From positions 84,306 to 148,305 of the forward strand of contig JAQGDQ010000540.1 of the NCBI GenBank assembly GCA_030141605.1: a stretch of DNA of 64,000 bases. The letters run 5' to 3'. Origin of the DNA: Tubiluchus corallicola. Lineage: Eukaryota > Animalia > Priapulida. Under the pieces are notes generated by a model. It was not told where the DNA came from. It did no database searches and was given only the letters and a program-made list of their open reading frames with translations. A program made the translations under genes and the position numbers. Positions 38,169 through 51,969 of the stretch are shown piece by piece (position 1 is the first letter of the stretch; every line of letters starts with the position of its first letter).

Positions 38169-40919
38169 GGTTGAGGTGAACAACAGAAGTTGACCTATTA
38201 TCATAATTATGTCTGGCACGTGATTTATGTTAAAAATCACTTATTGAGTTTTTTTGCCATGTTTTACGGTCTTCTGGCTGCTAGGTGACCATAAATTATA
38301 TTGGTCTTTCGCCAACTGGTCTCAGTACAAATATAGTAAAATGTGTATGAATAAATATTGTATAATGTATATGAAATGAGACCAATGAACTCTAAATCTA
38401 ATATAACCTAATCCTGGTTATGAATGTATATCACTTTACCAGTGCACAAATCGTCAGTGGTACAGCTTGCCATTGGTACATTTTGCCAGTGGTACACTTC
38501 GCCAGCGGAATGTTTTGCCAATGCACATTTAGCCAGGGGTATGCTTCACAAGTAAAATTTCTATGCTTTATTAGAACCTTAAAAATTTCTTTTAGCAAAA
38601 CGTTTCAGTTCGCCAATGAAAATTTCTCTGTAATGTTATTATAAATCATTTAACAAAGTCTTGAAGTTTTGATTGCAATGGTGTGGCTGCATTATTCCGG
38701 AAAGTCATTGAGAGACACTAATTAGACAGGAGTTTTTCGTACCTTTCTTTACAATGATTGTAAAACATTAACAGTAGGGTCCCTACTATTTTGTTATTGT
38801 TGTTTGCTGAAAGACCGCTGTTTTTTATCATGTCCTGTACAATGCTCGCTCTGCAAATTGAAATAATAATAATACTGACACATCTATAAAAGCAAAAATA
38901 ATTTACAAACGTGTTTTATTGTCACAGGAAGTTACACACTCCAACACTCCTAAAATTTAATCCTCAAGTCTATTGTAATAACAACTTTACTGTTTCTATA
39001 AAGTGCAGTATAAGACTCCTATGCCTTTCAAAAACCATTTGTCACGCCTAAATGCTATGTAAAAGTTGGAATTCCATCTAATTACAAGACTCTGCAGTTC
39101 CAAGCAAGTAAGCCTTGACAAGTTTTCCTTATTCCATTTCACTAATGGGTGATCCTTTGACTGCTTTTAAAGTGTGGAATGTGGTTCTTCGATTAGTAAT
39201 TCTTTGCCTGTGGTATGCCTTTGACTAGTTTCCGTTTTGTAAATTAGAATTTTTGTTTGTTTTGATAGCTGTCCTCTGATTTGTCGAAGTACTTTAGCTG
39301 GTGCTAATTTTTATTACAATAATTGGTAAGTTATACGTTTATGCGTTTTTTATACATTTTACTATTAGTGGCGAAAAGACACAAAAGTAGTCGAGTGCAG
39401 CTGCTGTGCGAATAGAATATTACGTCATTGACTGGTGGTCCTCAGACTGCCCAAGTTGTTAAATATAAATGACACGCATGCTGGTCTTATTAGTATTATT
39501 AGAATTTTACTTCAGTTCGGGTGACCACAAAAAGCAAATATTTACAAGATAAAATGAAAACTATGTTCATTAAGAACTAAAGTAATAAAAGTGTATATAA
39601 CTTCATAAAAATTAGGACTAAAGTGACTGCAGTGAAGTGACCTTTCATATAAACTTTAGCCTTAATGCAAGCCAATCAACAGCAGCAACCTGGTAACGAA
39701 CGTGTCTACAAATCATTCGCGATTTAATCTTGTTAGACTACATTATAGGTAACCGGAAATAATGGACTGACATTTCTTAGATATATAGATCCTGTCTTAT
39801 TACCATTACTGATTTTTATTTCAGTCCAGGTAACCTAAAAAGCAAATATTTACAACTCTTACCTCGCAAGTAATTATACACTTTTCAGATACGATATTAT
39901 CAATAACTGCTTCGCTTTAAATGCCAAATAACATTCAAAATGATTGATTGCTGACAAAACGTGAAACACTGATATGTGTCATATTAATGCCTACAACAAA
40001 GGTAATAAATACACTGGCTGAGCTGAAACATTTTGTTTAAAAATGTAGTAACGCAGCAGAGAAATTTTGCTGGCAAATGTACTGTTGACAGACTGAATCA
40101 TTTTGTTACAGGAATTAGGTGATACATGTACTATAACACAGAAATTTTACTGTCAAAATGTACTACTGGCGAGGTGTCCACTGGCAAAATGAAATATATT
40201 GTTAAAGGATAAGTTGGTAATAACATAGCAGAGAAATTTTACAGGCGAACTGTACACTGGCGAACTATATTAATGGCGAATTGCGCCACCAGTGAAGCGA
40301 AATTTATCACTGGAAAACCATAGTGCTCGCGAAGTGCACGACTAAGTAAATGGACCACTGGCGAACTGCACTACTAAGGCGAAATGTCAACTAGTGAAAT
40401 AATAAGATCATTGCCAAATATTTCAGAAAAAATTTTGCCGAATTATGCGTGACATATAAAATGACTGTGTACATTGTAATTTTGTATAAAAATAATTTAG
40501 TAATGTAAATAGAACCGCTACACATGACTCCGATCGTACTTTTAGGAAAATGGTGTCATAATGCTCGTTTAAGCTCTAACAAGAACTTCGGCCAACAGCC
40601 AAATGGAGAAAGTTGAAGAGCAATGGTCTGTGTAGTTGACCACCACGACAAAAAATTATTGGTTCATGATATATGCCTAGTTAATTACAGTTGTTCATCC
40701 ACCTATACGTTTATTTTGAAACGATGACTAATTTAAAATGGAAAGTTTTTGTCTGCCTTTGTAAGTCGATTTTATTTCTTTGAAATAATAAGCATAAACA
40801 TCAAAATTTAATTGTATATGAGTGCAACACAAACAAACCATGGTTCAACAGTAGAATTTTTTAGTTTAACAGAATTTATAAATAACCATTTTTGCAGTAG
40901 TCCATTGAAGAAGAAAAGT

Positions 40920-43900
40920 CTAAGGACGACACGTAAGGTAATATCTTGTCCAGACCTTCGAAGGGCTGTAATACAAAATACAAAAAATCAAATAAATTGC
41001 TTTGTATGTTATGCTTAGTTGTGGCGAAAGCTGTTTTATTTCATACTGCACTTATTTTTCCATCACAATAATAAGTGATTAACCTTATATGTATGACAAC
41101 AAATAAACTTGATCTGGATAGAAATGGAAAGATTCTTACCCAACAATTACGTAAACAGTTTGATGTAACAATTAAGTAATTAATCAATGCTTATTAGTTA
41201 TTAAGTGAACGGGGCAGAGAAAAAAGCGGCATTACGTTTATTTAAGTTTATTGCTATAAAAACATTCATACAAACAATACCGATTTTACATATATTCGGT
41301 ATTGTATTGTATAAATAATATAAATGGAAATAAAAGTTGAAATGAATGTGTTAGTAAGCATAAAAATACAGTCTAAAAAACTTTTTTACATCATTCTCAT
41401 AATATAATTGTGGCTGGCCACGAAGTCATTACACGAAGCTAATTTCCCTAAAATAAATGAAAGAACATTCTAATATTAAAGGTAAAAAAATTGCACAATA
41501 AAAGTTTTTAGCGGTATAAAAATATTAAAATATAATTTCCGTTTTCTTTTTAAAGCACAACCGCGATTTAGTTTCCTTTACATCCTATTCACATTGTTTA
41601 GAAAAATGAATTTATAGACTAGTCACTTATTCCTTATACTCATGAGGCCCACCTGCATTGTCCATCAATGCAATGTTCTACGTCAATCATTCCTTGACAT
41701 CCACATGGGTCGATGCATTTTTCTGATGTTAGGGTCCAGCTCTCTTCTAGCATTGGCCACTCAGCTAAAAAAGAACGTAATAATGAGAAGAAAGGTCCTT
41801 GTTAAAAATTGCCTGTGAATGTATTTTGTGAATCTAATAATTCATCGAGCTTTAATTTAATACTAGAGTCAAATACTTCATCGTACAGAAGCATAATTTC
41901 ACTGTACATATTTATCTTTTGTTATCATCTTGGTGACAGACTAGATGATTTTTGGACATTTCGCCACCGTGTCTCTTGGGGGGGGGGGGCTCTTAACACC
42001 ACCTGTTACTGTTATGTTTGCTTTGCTGTCGAGGCAAATAAATTTTGCATTTTTTTGATCGCAAGTCGGACAAGGCAGTTGTAAGCAGCAAAAAATCGTG
42101 TATAATAAAGTTTCATTAAGCAAACTCATTGTAAAAAAAACATTTATGGGGTCAACTGCACCCTCTATGTCAATATGGAAAAGATTTTATTTGCTTTAAT
42201 ATAATCGGTTTGTCCAGGAAACCACAACAAGTACTGATGTGCTATGCTGTAGTTCTAATTTTGCCAGTTCTGGTTGCAAAAATACCAGTGAGACTACAAT
42301 ACAGTATTTCATTCTATTGCTCAGCAAGTAGGACAATGCAACACATTACTAGATACAGTAATAATGAAATACATACGACTCGAAGTAATTACTGGTGGAG
42401 GAGTGGTTGTAGTAGTAGTAGTGGTCGTCGTCGTCGTTGTAGTAGATGTAGTTATGGGTATTTCCTTGGGTACGGTTATCTTGGGGGGTAACGTTTCCCC
42501 TTCTGGGAGAGCTTCAGATGCAATTCCAAACCGCATGTTGCCAAAGAAATCACTGAAGGGATTAAAGCTAGCCTGGAACATAGGGGGCGGTTCTGCTCCT
42601 GCTGACGTGGTTGGAGCTGAAGTAGTTGGCCCTTGAGCCTGTTTCACGTCGTTGCGGAAGTACAACGGATTTCCAGACTGGAGAAACATCACCGGAGCGG
42701 AACCGACCATGTTTGGGGGTAAAGTCGGAACGCCATTGCTGCCATCTGCTGGAGAAAACTGCCGTTTTACTCGAGCATGCTTGCTTTGAGGTTCATCATA
42801 AGCCGTCTAAAAACATGAAATTTATCACACAGTTAAAACAACTTATATGTAACATACAAATTATAAAAAATTATAGACAGCTTGTTGGTTTCCATTAGGT
42901 TTATAAATTTAGGGTTTCAATTTAGGTTGAAGTTAAGATTCGACATCCGATTTGGTTACGATGCTATAGGTGTCGCAGCTACTATAGCATTATAATCGTC
43001 TCTAATAAATTTAATTCAACGTATTTTGTTAAATATGAGCGTGGCAACACTAAGTGCATAACCATCAACAAAATACTCTAGATAAATGGTTTTGGTACTT
43101 TTCACTCTTCACCTTTGCTAAATATAAGTGAACATTTCTTGAACTGGAATTTCCGAAAATACTCTCAAGAGGCCCTATAGCCATGTATTGTTATATGTTC
43201 AAGTTGTTACTATTGTAGGACAGCTCAGACTTGGCAGACAGGACAGCTCGGAGGTGGCAACCGACAGGACAGCTTTGTGTTAGGTCAGTGGTTCCCAAAC
43301 TAGGGGTAAATTACCCCCCGGGGTAATATGGTTTTTTTTTGGGGGGGGGGGGTAACGGGCACCCCTCTGAAAATTTTTAAAACTTCGCTCGGAATGCATT
43401 TTACGTAGTTTTCTTCTTGAAGAGACTGCCTCCGGTAATACTTGTTTTGGCAACAATACAACAACAACACCTGGAAATTTATTTTATGTCACGAGCAAAC
43501 ATAAATAATTTTGCTTGCTTGTGGCATATACGTGTGTTTACTTTTTGAGTTGGAGAAGTAGTACTAGGTGGGGGGTAATGGACAAGACCGGGTTTCTCGA
43601 TTTGGGTAACGGTCCGAGAAAGTTTGGGAACCACTGTGTTAGGTAATCAAGGCAGGGCAGGACAAAAAGAATAACAAAACAGAGTAGGAGGTGGCAACCG
43701 ACAGAACAGAACAGGACAGGATATATATATATATATAATATGTGTATGTGTGTGTGTGCGCGCGTGCGTGCGTGCGTGCGTGCGTGTGTGTGTGTCCTAT
43801 ATATAATATATCCTGTCCTGATGATAATAATTTTTGCGAAAAGAGAGCAGAAAGGGCCTAAAAGTGGAGATTCGGTTCTTGCTCCATTCGGACAATTGCC

Positions 43901-44175
43901 AATTAAAAAAATTAAAAAATCGCTAAAAAGATACTAAAAAGAATCGGGGGACATAGCTCAACGGTAGCGCGCTCGTGTACCACTCTGGAGGTCGTAAGTT
44001 CCAGTCTCGACCGAGTAATATCAAAAACTTGAAAAATGGTACCGCGGGTTTATCGAAGCAGCGTTCGGGTAATAATAACCGAGCCCACCTTGCAAATAAG
44101 TATTGAGCTACGTAAGGTGTTATCCTTCGACTATGTCCTAAACGAAATTACTATATTATTATTATTATTATTATT

Positions 44176-44219
<44 letters not shown>

Positions 44220-44224
44220 AATCA

Positions 44225-44266
<42 letters not shown>

Positions 44267-44432
44267 GACTCAGACAGTTTGTAAGGTGCATGGAATGTCT
44301 AAAGAAGCGTTTTTACTAGGTTGCTACACTTTTACTTACCTGCTTACTATTGCCAATGACCTCAAACGAAGACACTGGATTAAACAACATCAGCAAAAAA
44401 GCAAACAGTTCTTTGTTACGAAACGCGATCAT
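40920..44432 (-). CDS. Secreted Thr/Pro-rich protein with degenerate TSP1-like Cys domain (gene B). Exons 44432-44340, 42806-42377, 41764-41653, tentative last exon 40965-40920; ~226 aa
   Basis: Signal peptide MIAFRNKELFAFLLMLFNPVSS with CAG|GTAAGT. Phases 0/1/2 are compatible with GT-AG sites. Furin site RVKR, poly-Thr tract, then W..CIDPCGC...C....C. The last exon is uncertain. Confidence 0.72.
43286..43636. mobile_element. hAT (Charlie-like) MITE, 351 bp
   Basis: 16-bp TIRs CAGTGGTTCCCAAACT / AGTTTGGGAACCACTG and a perfect 8-bp TSD TGTTAGGT (43278-43285, 43637-43644). Confidence 0.92.
43946..44265 (+). mobile_element. tRNA-derived SINE with compound (TAT)n(CAT)n(TAT)n tail
   Basis: GGGGGACATAGCTCAACGGTAG (A-box-like), GTTCCAGTC (B-box-like), a non-tRNA body containing AAAAATGGTACC, and a microsatellite tail from ~44153. 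Confidence 0.6.
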
Positions 44433-47283
44433 ATTGACGCTATTTTATTGAAGATTAATATGGAATTAATCCTGACTGGTTTTGCTCAGAAGTTAACCTG
44501 ACATGCACTTATATCGCTAGTTTTATTTTAATTAATTTGAGCTGCTAAAGATTCTAGAGCCACGTGTGCGCAACTAATGTTATTCATATAGTTCATTTAA
44601 ATGATATCATCATGGCAGCAGCTGTCCAGTATCATTCTTGCTGAATGAAATACCCGCAGTTCTTTGTGACTGCGAAGTGAAAATGTCTTAATTTTCTCAA
44701 GAAATTCTTTTTCTTGCATGTAGCTTGCATGGACAGAACAGGGTAGGGCATGTCAACATTGGACTTGGTACTTGGCACACAGGACAGGACAGGACAGGAC
44801 AAAACGGGCTGGGACATGATAGAACATTACTTGTAGAATAAGAAAGGACAAGGCAGACAGGGGGCAGGGGACAGAATAGGACAAGAGACCACCACTCAGT
44901 ACAAAGCAGCAGATCAGGACTGAATAACATTTGGCAGGAGAGAACAAGGCAAAGTTGGATAGGGTAGGACAAAACGAGGCAGGACGAGACTGGAAGTCTG
45001 GAGTGGAAAAGATGAGATAGGACAGGTCAGAAATGGACCAGACAAGGCAGAACAGGCAGACAGACAGGCACGTCAGAAATGGACCATAACACAATAAGAC
45101 TTGGCAGATAGGACAGGATGAGTAAGGAAAGCTTGGTGTTAAGTAATCAAGGGGGCAAGACAAAAAGAACGACAAAGCAGGGTAGGAGATGGCAACCGAC
45201 AGGACAGGGCGAACGGGACAGGTCAGAATAGAATAGAAAAAGAACAGATTGGACTCGAGAGATAAGGCAGGATTGGTCAGAACACTTTTATCATCGCTTG
45301 AGGCCAAGGAAAAACAAAAAATGTGAAAACACTGTGGGACTATGGCATGTAAGACATGTAACAGAAGACGAGAGAACAGGGCAGGAATGCCTAAAGTAGG
45401 ACTAGACAAGAAGAGACAGGACTGGACAAAACCGACAGAAGAAGGCACTAAGAGTCAATATTGGACTAGACATTTGACAGACAGACAAGACAGGACTGGT
45501 CAAAATGCTTGGTTTTACGGTTTTAGAGCACAAAGGACAGGACAGAATATGATAGGGTAGGGTAGAGTAGAATGGGACTCACAGAACAAAACAGACTGGG
45601 CCTGAATATGTTTGGATGGCATAAAGTAGGATAAGTAGTTAAGAACATAGGCATGATGGGACAAGGTAGTACAGAACAAAACAGGACAAGATAGGACAGG
45701 GGAGAGCAGGCAGGTATTGATAGATACGATAGGTTTGTCAAAAAACGAAATTGCAGTTTACAACAGAATAAAAGTCCTTGGCACAAAAACTAGGAAATTA
45801 AAATGGCGTTAATTTAAATTTTATTGAAACTACAAATATGGATGAAATAAAATTGCAAGTCAATCTAAAAATACGATTAAAACAGTGCATACTCAAGGAT
45901 ACAATAAAACTAAAGTAATGAAACAAAGAAACTAAGAATGAAATTAAAAACGCGGATATCCAAAACTTAAGCTGCAAAAGAACAATTAAAGTTTGAGATC
46001 AAAAACAATAAAAAATCAATTTTTCTAAAATATACATCTATTAGATTGTGTTAGGTCTCTGCATTAACAGACATTTTACATATGGAATTGCTGAATAGAA
46101 TATTCTGCCAGTCATACACGAGTCTTCGTTGGTGATTAGGTTTTTTACGTAAGTTGTAACATTGAACTGCAATCGACAAAGTACGTTGATGTTTAACAGA
46201 ATTTTGTTTAAAACTTTAATTGTAGCTTTGTACGGCGCGCTGATAAAAAGCAAGATTTATGCATTTTTATAATTTGAAAGATTGGTTAGGACATAGACAG
46301 GATAGCACAGGACAGGCCAGAGATGGACGGGACACTTGGCATACAGGACAGGACTGGTCAGAACAGTTTGGTTTTGTGGGTTTAAGCAAAACACTGCAGG
46401 ACAGGACAAAGCCGGATAAGACACGACATCTAACAGGACAGGAATGGCCTAAGATTTAAAGACGGGATTTCTTTATTAGCAAAGGTGGAGGACACAATAA
46501 GGCAAGGCTCTCTGAATTTATTGAGTTCGGCCGAATTATTCAAACACGTTTGCAAATAAAATGAAAGACTGTTGTGTAATACAATTAACTTGTTTAATAA
46601 CTGCAGCTATTTGGTTCCAGTGTACTGCGTGCAGATGTTTAAAATAAACGCGATTAAAACAAAATTTATGGTAAAAGTAGGCACAGTTTATTAACAATAG
46701 TTTACAAAGAAAATAACAACAATTTATTTCACATCACGACATCAGTTTACAGATAACGACACTGCTATTGATCAGGCCAATAACAACATTATTAAACAAT
46801 AGAATGAATTGATTAAGACAATATTTTTCTGATCGCTTGATTCACGACGCTCTCAGAAACAACGCTGTCAGAAATCGGTGCTGTCAACATTACTTAATTA
46901 GTCTCCAGGATAGAAATCAAACTTTTTTATTTAATTCAAGTAGAGAAACTTAAACTTAAGAACAAACTGTTGCAAAGATATTCCAACTATAACTACTGCC
47001 TATTGCTTAGGCTATAGATGAGACATGCAGTACAAAAACGGCAGCCCGCTTCTTTCCTTCCCATAAAAAATAGATTGTATTATTGAATACAGACCTACCT
47101 AGAGAAGTGCTTATTACGCGACTTCATTTACCCTACAACTTAAAAATGGCATCATTTTTCATATAGATTTGTATTTTATTACAGCTTTGATATATCTGTA
47201 ATAACTATTGTTTAGATCGAAAATCTCCTCAAAATCAGGTATTGAGCATGAGCCTGTTCTGTTGAGCAGTAAAGTACAGCTTA

Positions 47284-49316
47284 TTAGTGTTCATTCGCGT
47301 GATGCCAATCTGGTGGATAGCATCTTTTGTTCTTTTTTCGAAGTTCCCAGTTTCTGCAGCATGGTTTCTTACTTTTCCACTTAGGACACACGGGTAATGG
47401 TTTGCCACTAGGACAAGATTTTTCTTCCATCGAATGACCACTGAAAGGTAAAAATATGAAGAGTCAACGGCGTTGCCATGAAATGGCTCGTTACTGCCTA
47501 AGAGTGAAAAATGACCAATAAATACATGAAAGAGCCAGCCTCTAGGAATCAACCTGTTTACTGAGAGTAGACGTCTAGACGGTCGTTTCGACTATGATAG
47601 TCATTGTCAATATTACAAATCAAGTTAAAAAAGAAATAATTGGTATATTGGTGATACTAAAATATAAAGGCACAAAATTCTTTACAAATCAACAGATTAT
47701 AACCACGTTTATTTTGACAATTTAAATTCAAATCTGTTAATCGGCATCAAGGAAAAGTGAAAAATCTGACTTAGATTTGTACCAAAAATGCTAGCTTACA
47801 TTTTCGATTACTAAATCAATTAAAAAAATAATCTAATCATTTTATAATTATTCTAAGTAGAAGATTAAGATTACAGCTAGGTTAGAGAGTGTATAAGATA
47901 CACGTGCGGTGCAGTAGTAGATGTGATGCATTAAATCAACCTGGAAGATGACCATTTGAGTGAACCGTTTTCTTGAAATTTAATTTCTAATCCTCTGATC
48001 TGTAAGATTGGTACTCTTGCGTCTCTAAATATAGATTAGCAAAATGCTGTAAAGGCTTGTTTGGCAAGCTTACCACCTGCTCATAGTGAATTACAATTTT
48101 TACAGTGCAATTTTCACACTATTATCTCGGTTTAAGATGTTTTACGTATTAATCCAAGCATTTCTGTTGCAATTAGTAGGATGTCTTGTACATTTAGTGG
48201 ACCATATACTCACATACAGGTATTGAGTAAACATTGTCTACTACGTTTGGTTTCTTCACAGCCACAAGTTCCATAACAGACAGCCGCCCAAGGTCCCCAA
48301 ACGCTCCAACCAGCAACGAACTTAGCATTGTCTAAGACAAATAAAACGCAATAGTGAAGTTAAATAAAAACTTGGAACATCGAACACACAAGAACAGCAT
48401 AAACGCAAGAAAAGCGACTTAGTATAAGACGCCTCAGTAAAATTTCAGTGTATTTTGTGGTTAAACGGAAGCCATTTTACAAAAGTTGTATTATTTATAA
48501 ATAGGTGGAATAACTGGAGTGATGATAAATCAATAGTCCAACATTAATAAAAACGCCAAAAACTGCAAATAATGGTCTAGAGTTGCATGTCAAGATTCGA
48601 AGGAATAAAAGTCCAATAAAATCCTTGGTTTAGCAAATGTCCACAACAACAATTTTGATCGCACTCATAGATAAGCACCAAAGTCTTTGTGAAAACGACT
48701 TTTGGTAAACCGAACGATAGTTAAGTTTTCACTTTATATTACAGCAGGGTGTCACATGTGTCAAAATCTGAGTTTTGATATGTGAATCTATACCTGTTAA
48801 TGGTAAATTTCCAGTTTTTACCAAATTCTCACAATCGAAGTTTTTACAAATCAACATACCACTGATGTCTTCATGATGCTCAAGTAGCTCATTGTGCTTG
48901 TGCTGTTCATCTTCGTTTTCTTCATGTCTTACAATCTGTTGCCTTAACATTGCCGCAACTTCTGGAATGTGGGCTGCATTATTTGATTCTTTTCCGCCAA
49001 GAACTTCACCATTTTCCTCAGTTTGATTTGTGATTGTTTGATTTTTTGGTTTTTCGCCTGTAGTTGTTGAAGTAGTAGTTGTACTTTTTATGGCATCAGT
49101 AAAATGAGGCTGTTCACTTTTTTCTTTCAGAACTCCTCTTGGAAGCATCATTAATGCCAAGCTTTTTCCTCTCAATCCTCTTTGAAACAGCTCATTTCTT
49201 ACTCGGAAACTGCCAAGATGCTGCTGCTCATCTATGGCACGCCTTGAAATATCATGTCTTTGTTCTGGTGGATTCGATAAGTTATTCCAATTGAAGCTAT
49301 CGACAGTAAATTTATT
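47284..49316 (-). CDS. Thrombospondin type-1 (TSP1) domain protein (gene A), 5'-partial. Exons 49316-48860, 48331-48214, 47440-47284
   Basis: GT-AG sites with phases 0/1/2. The spliced C-terminus reads GWSVWGPWAAVCYGTCGCEETKRSRQCLLNTCIGHSMEEKSCPSGKPLPVCPKWKSKKPCCRNWELRKKNKRCYPPDWHHANEH*. First exon not resolved. Confidence 0.8.
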
Positions 49317-49988
49317 CTGAAATTATTTAGTTTACATTCTTTTACTTATTTATTGCACCTTATTTTAATCATGTCACGGTAAACAGCATAAAATAAACAA
49401 CTTGGTGATGAATGCAACAAGTTTACATGCCTCCACAGTACTGCTTCTCAACGTCTCAAAATATTTTCAAGTATATACAAGTGTTGTAATTGTCAGCAGA
49501 AATGAAACCGTGACTGCCGATCTCGAATGGAACAATTAAATTTTGTTTTCCAAGATCTGATATTAAAGCAGTATATCGCTATATTGAATATGGCTTTTTG
49601 AATATTTTCTGGAATATCGAATGGAACTGTAAGCTCAGCTATTATTAAAAGGCATAGCGGTCTCACAAAACTAGATTTATCATAGAACACTTTACCAACA
49701 GTTTACAATACTGAGTACAAAGTGTGAATAAAAGACAACCTCACTCTTTAACCAGTAAAAGCACATTTGCAAGAGCTAAAAAACAAAAGACCTTCACGCC
49801 TTGGAAGCCATTTTATCAACCGATTTTTATTTGTGCAAACAAAGGCAGTATTATAATCAGCCACTCACCTTCTGTTGTTTACTAATTATATGATAAAATA
49901 TAAATTCACTTCTGACTTTGCAAAACTTGCACTGTAAATGGAAGTATGAACTAAACCTATTATGGAATAAAAGTAAAAATGTCAAGTG

Positions 49989-50416
49989 TTAAGTGGCGTT
50001 TACCTGGCTTATGCGTTATGCGGATGCGGAATAGATAAAGTCAGTTTATATAAATTATATTGTTTTCAATGCACCCATTTATCAGACCTGAGTTATGCGT
50101 TATTTTTTCGCAGCTAAGTCCTGTTGATTTTTTTATGCGCTGGGTAACGCATGAAGTGGTGTTTAAGTAGCATCCGGATGCGTATTTGAATACGTTTTTC
50201 ACCTGCGCAACAGCCTGTGGAATAGCTGTGGAAAAAATCAGTAGGATTAGCAGCAGAAAAGAATAACGCATACTCAGGCTGCATAAACGGGTGCATTGAA
50301 AATCCTATAAACTGATTTTATCTATTCCGTACCCCCAAAACCCATTCGCATCCGGATGGTATGTAAACGCCACTTAACACATAACGCAGTCCGGATGCCA
50401 GGTAAACGCCTCTTAA
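49989..50416. mobile_element. Fold-back MITE with TTAA-containing ends
   Basis: TTAAGTGGCGTTTACCTGGC pairs with GTAAACGCCACTTAA (~50363-50377) and with GCCAGGTAAACGCCTCTTAA (to 50416). Internal inverted blocks: TTTTCAATGCACCC/GGGTGCATTGAAAA and TCAGTTTATA/TATAAACTGA. Confidence 0.8.
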
Positions 50417-51911
50417 CCCTAACAACAGCTAGCAGTTGTTGTAATGCTTTATGGACGTTTTTTATTGTTTCATGGACGTCTTTTTATGCACTAATAGATG
50501 GAATAAACTAAACTAAACTAAACCCTACCTGATAACGGCCGTTACGGTGAATATAAAAACCAGTGACCATGTTGCAAATGTGAATGGCTTGAAGCAACGT
50601 GACTCTACTAAAGTTGACCATAATGCATAATTAACAATAACAAGACATATAATCAACTCTAATCATACACGTATTGCTCTTTTTCTTAATTCACGCACGC
50701 ATTTTAGTATTCAATGAAAAAAGTCAACAGAAAATAGGCAAGCTGCAGTCTTGACAACAATAAATGTTGTTCCAGATTCGACCTTCAGGAATCCATTCAC
50801 AATCTATTACTCATACTTCTTAGTTGGATGATGCATAACTTATGGACTCGCAAACTTAAAGATTCTATCATGTGTCACAGCTGCAACTAAGTAATTCGGA
50901 TCCCGGATTCCCGGCGTCCTTTTGATGTTAATTGGAGAAACCATGAGATATGTCAGTTGCAGTGGCACCAAAAATTTTGTATACTCGCGCCACCAGATGG
51001 CAGAGAAATACATTAAATTCTGCGCTAGTAGAATTTATATTGCTGACATAAGACTGCGATAAACATAACGCGTTGGACGGAATAGTATTCTAATGGATGG
51101 GAAAAATACAAAATGCAAGATTTAGTACATGCCAAATAGTACTTGGCGGCAAATCATAAATAATTTGATTTTGATAAAATCATAAACATGCCTTTTTTCC
51201 ATAGTACGTAACAGTAAAAGCAAGATAGACAATTTTTTTGAATTTATGGACCAACAAGCTTGCTTTTTCGTCAGGAAAGCTCTCTAAACCCATTTACAAT
51301 TTGGTTAAAACCATTAAAACTTCCACGCAGGCAGTATAACGTAGAATGTTCGTCTTTCAGTATCTTGTTAGGGGAAGATAATTTTGAAGATTTTTGTACA
51401 GATTTGGTTATGTGCCCGATTGACACTGTGAATGCGATGCAAATAATTATCAAGCGGTATACTGTGCGACATTTGCTTTTTTATTATCAGCTTGTAGATA
51501 CTGTAAAAGGAACTGCATTTATTGCATTTCTGTCAAATTTAGATATAAATACTATTTTTATTGCGAAAGAAACTAATTGTCAACTAAAACTTATGAATCT
51601 TGATAAAGATGATTTTATTTTGTTACTAGCATATCTTGGAAGGCCTATAGTGTAACTATATCGACTGTGAGACTTGTAAGACTCAGTGATAGACTTACTA
51701 CGTTTCATAGTTACTACACTATTTTAAATATGAATGTAATCAAATTGCTTAACTATTAATGTAGGTAATTATGGTATAATGAATTGTAATTTATAACTTT
51801 TCTAAATAATTACAAATGAAATTTGTTCTTACTTGACTTGTTCACTTTGCAATACGATGAAATTAGAAAGATATGCAATTTGTAAATACTTTTCTCATAA
51901 AATAGTTATAA

Positions 51912-51912
51912 A

Positions 51913-51969
<57 letters not shown>

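Larger units (their letters stand above)
43220..46450. repeat. Patchy purine-rich (GGACA)n-derived low-complexity repeats (43220-43720, 44730-45720, 46285-46450)
   Basis: Many ACAGGACAGG units, with longer recurring blocks such as GGTGGCAACCGACAGGACAG and GACTTGGCAGA. Confidence 0.75.

Noticed and set aside
43946-44020. Functional tRNA gene
   Set aside because: The B box is degenerate, there is no clean cloverleaf or poly-T terminator, and it continues into a SINE-like body and tail.
44632-45786. ORFs up to 231 aa rich in LSCPV-like words
   Set aside because: These are translations of GGACA low-complexity repeats.
47941-48024. Open phase 2-2 candidate exon in gene A
   Set aside because: It would split the TSP1 domain; direct splicing 48214->47440 gives canonical Cys spacing.
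51271-51470. Signal-peptide-like LIIICIAFTVSIG as first exon of gene A
   Set aside because: No in-frame ATG (stops immediately upstream) and no clear donor.
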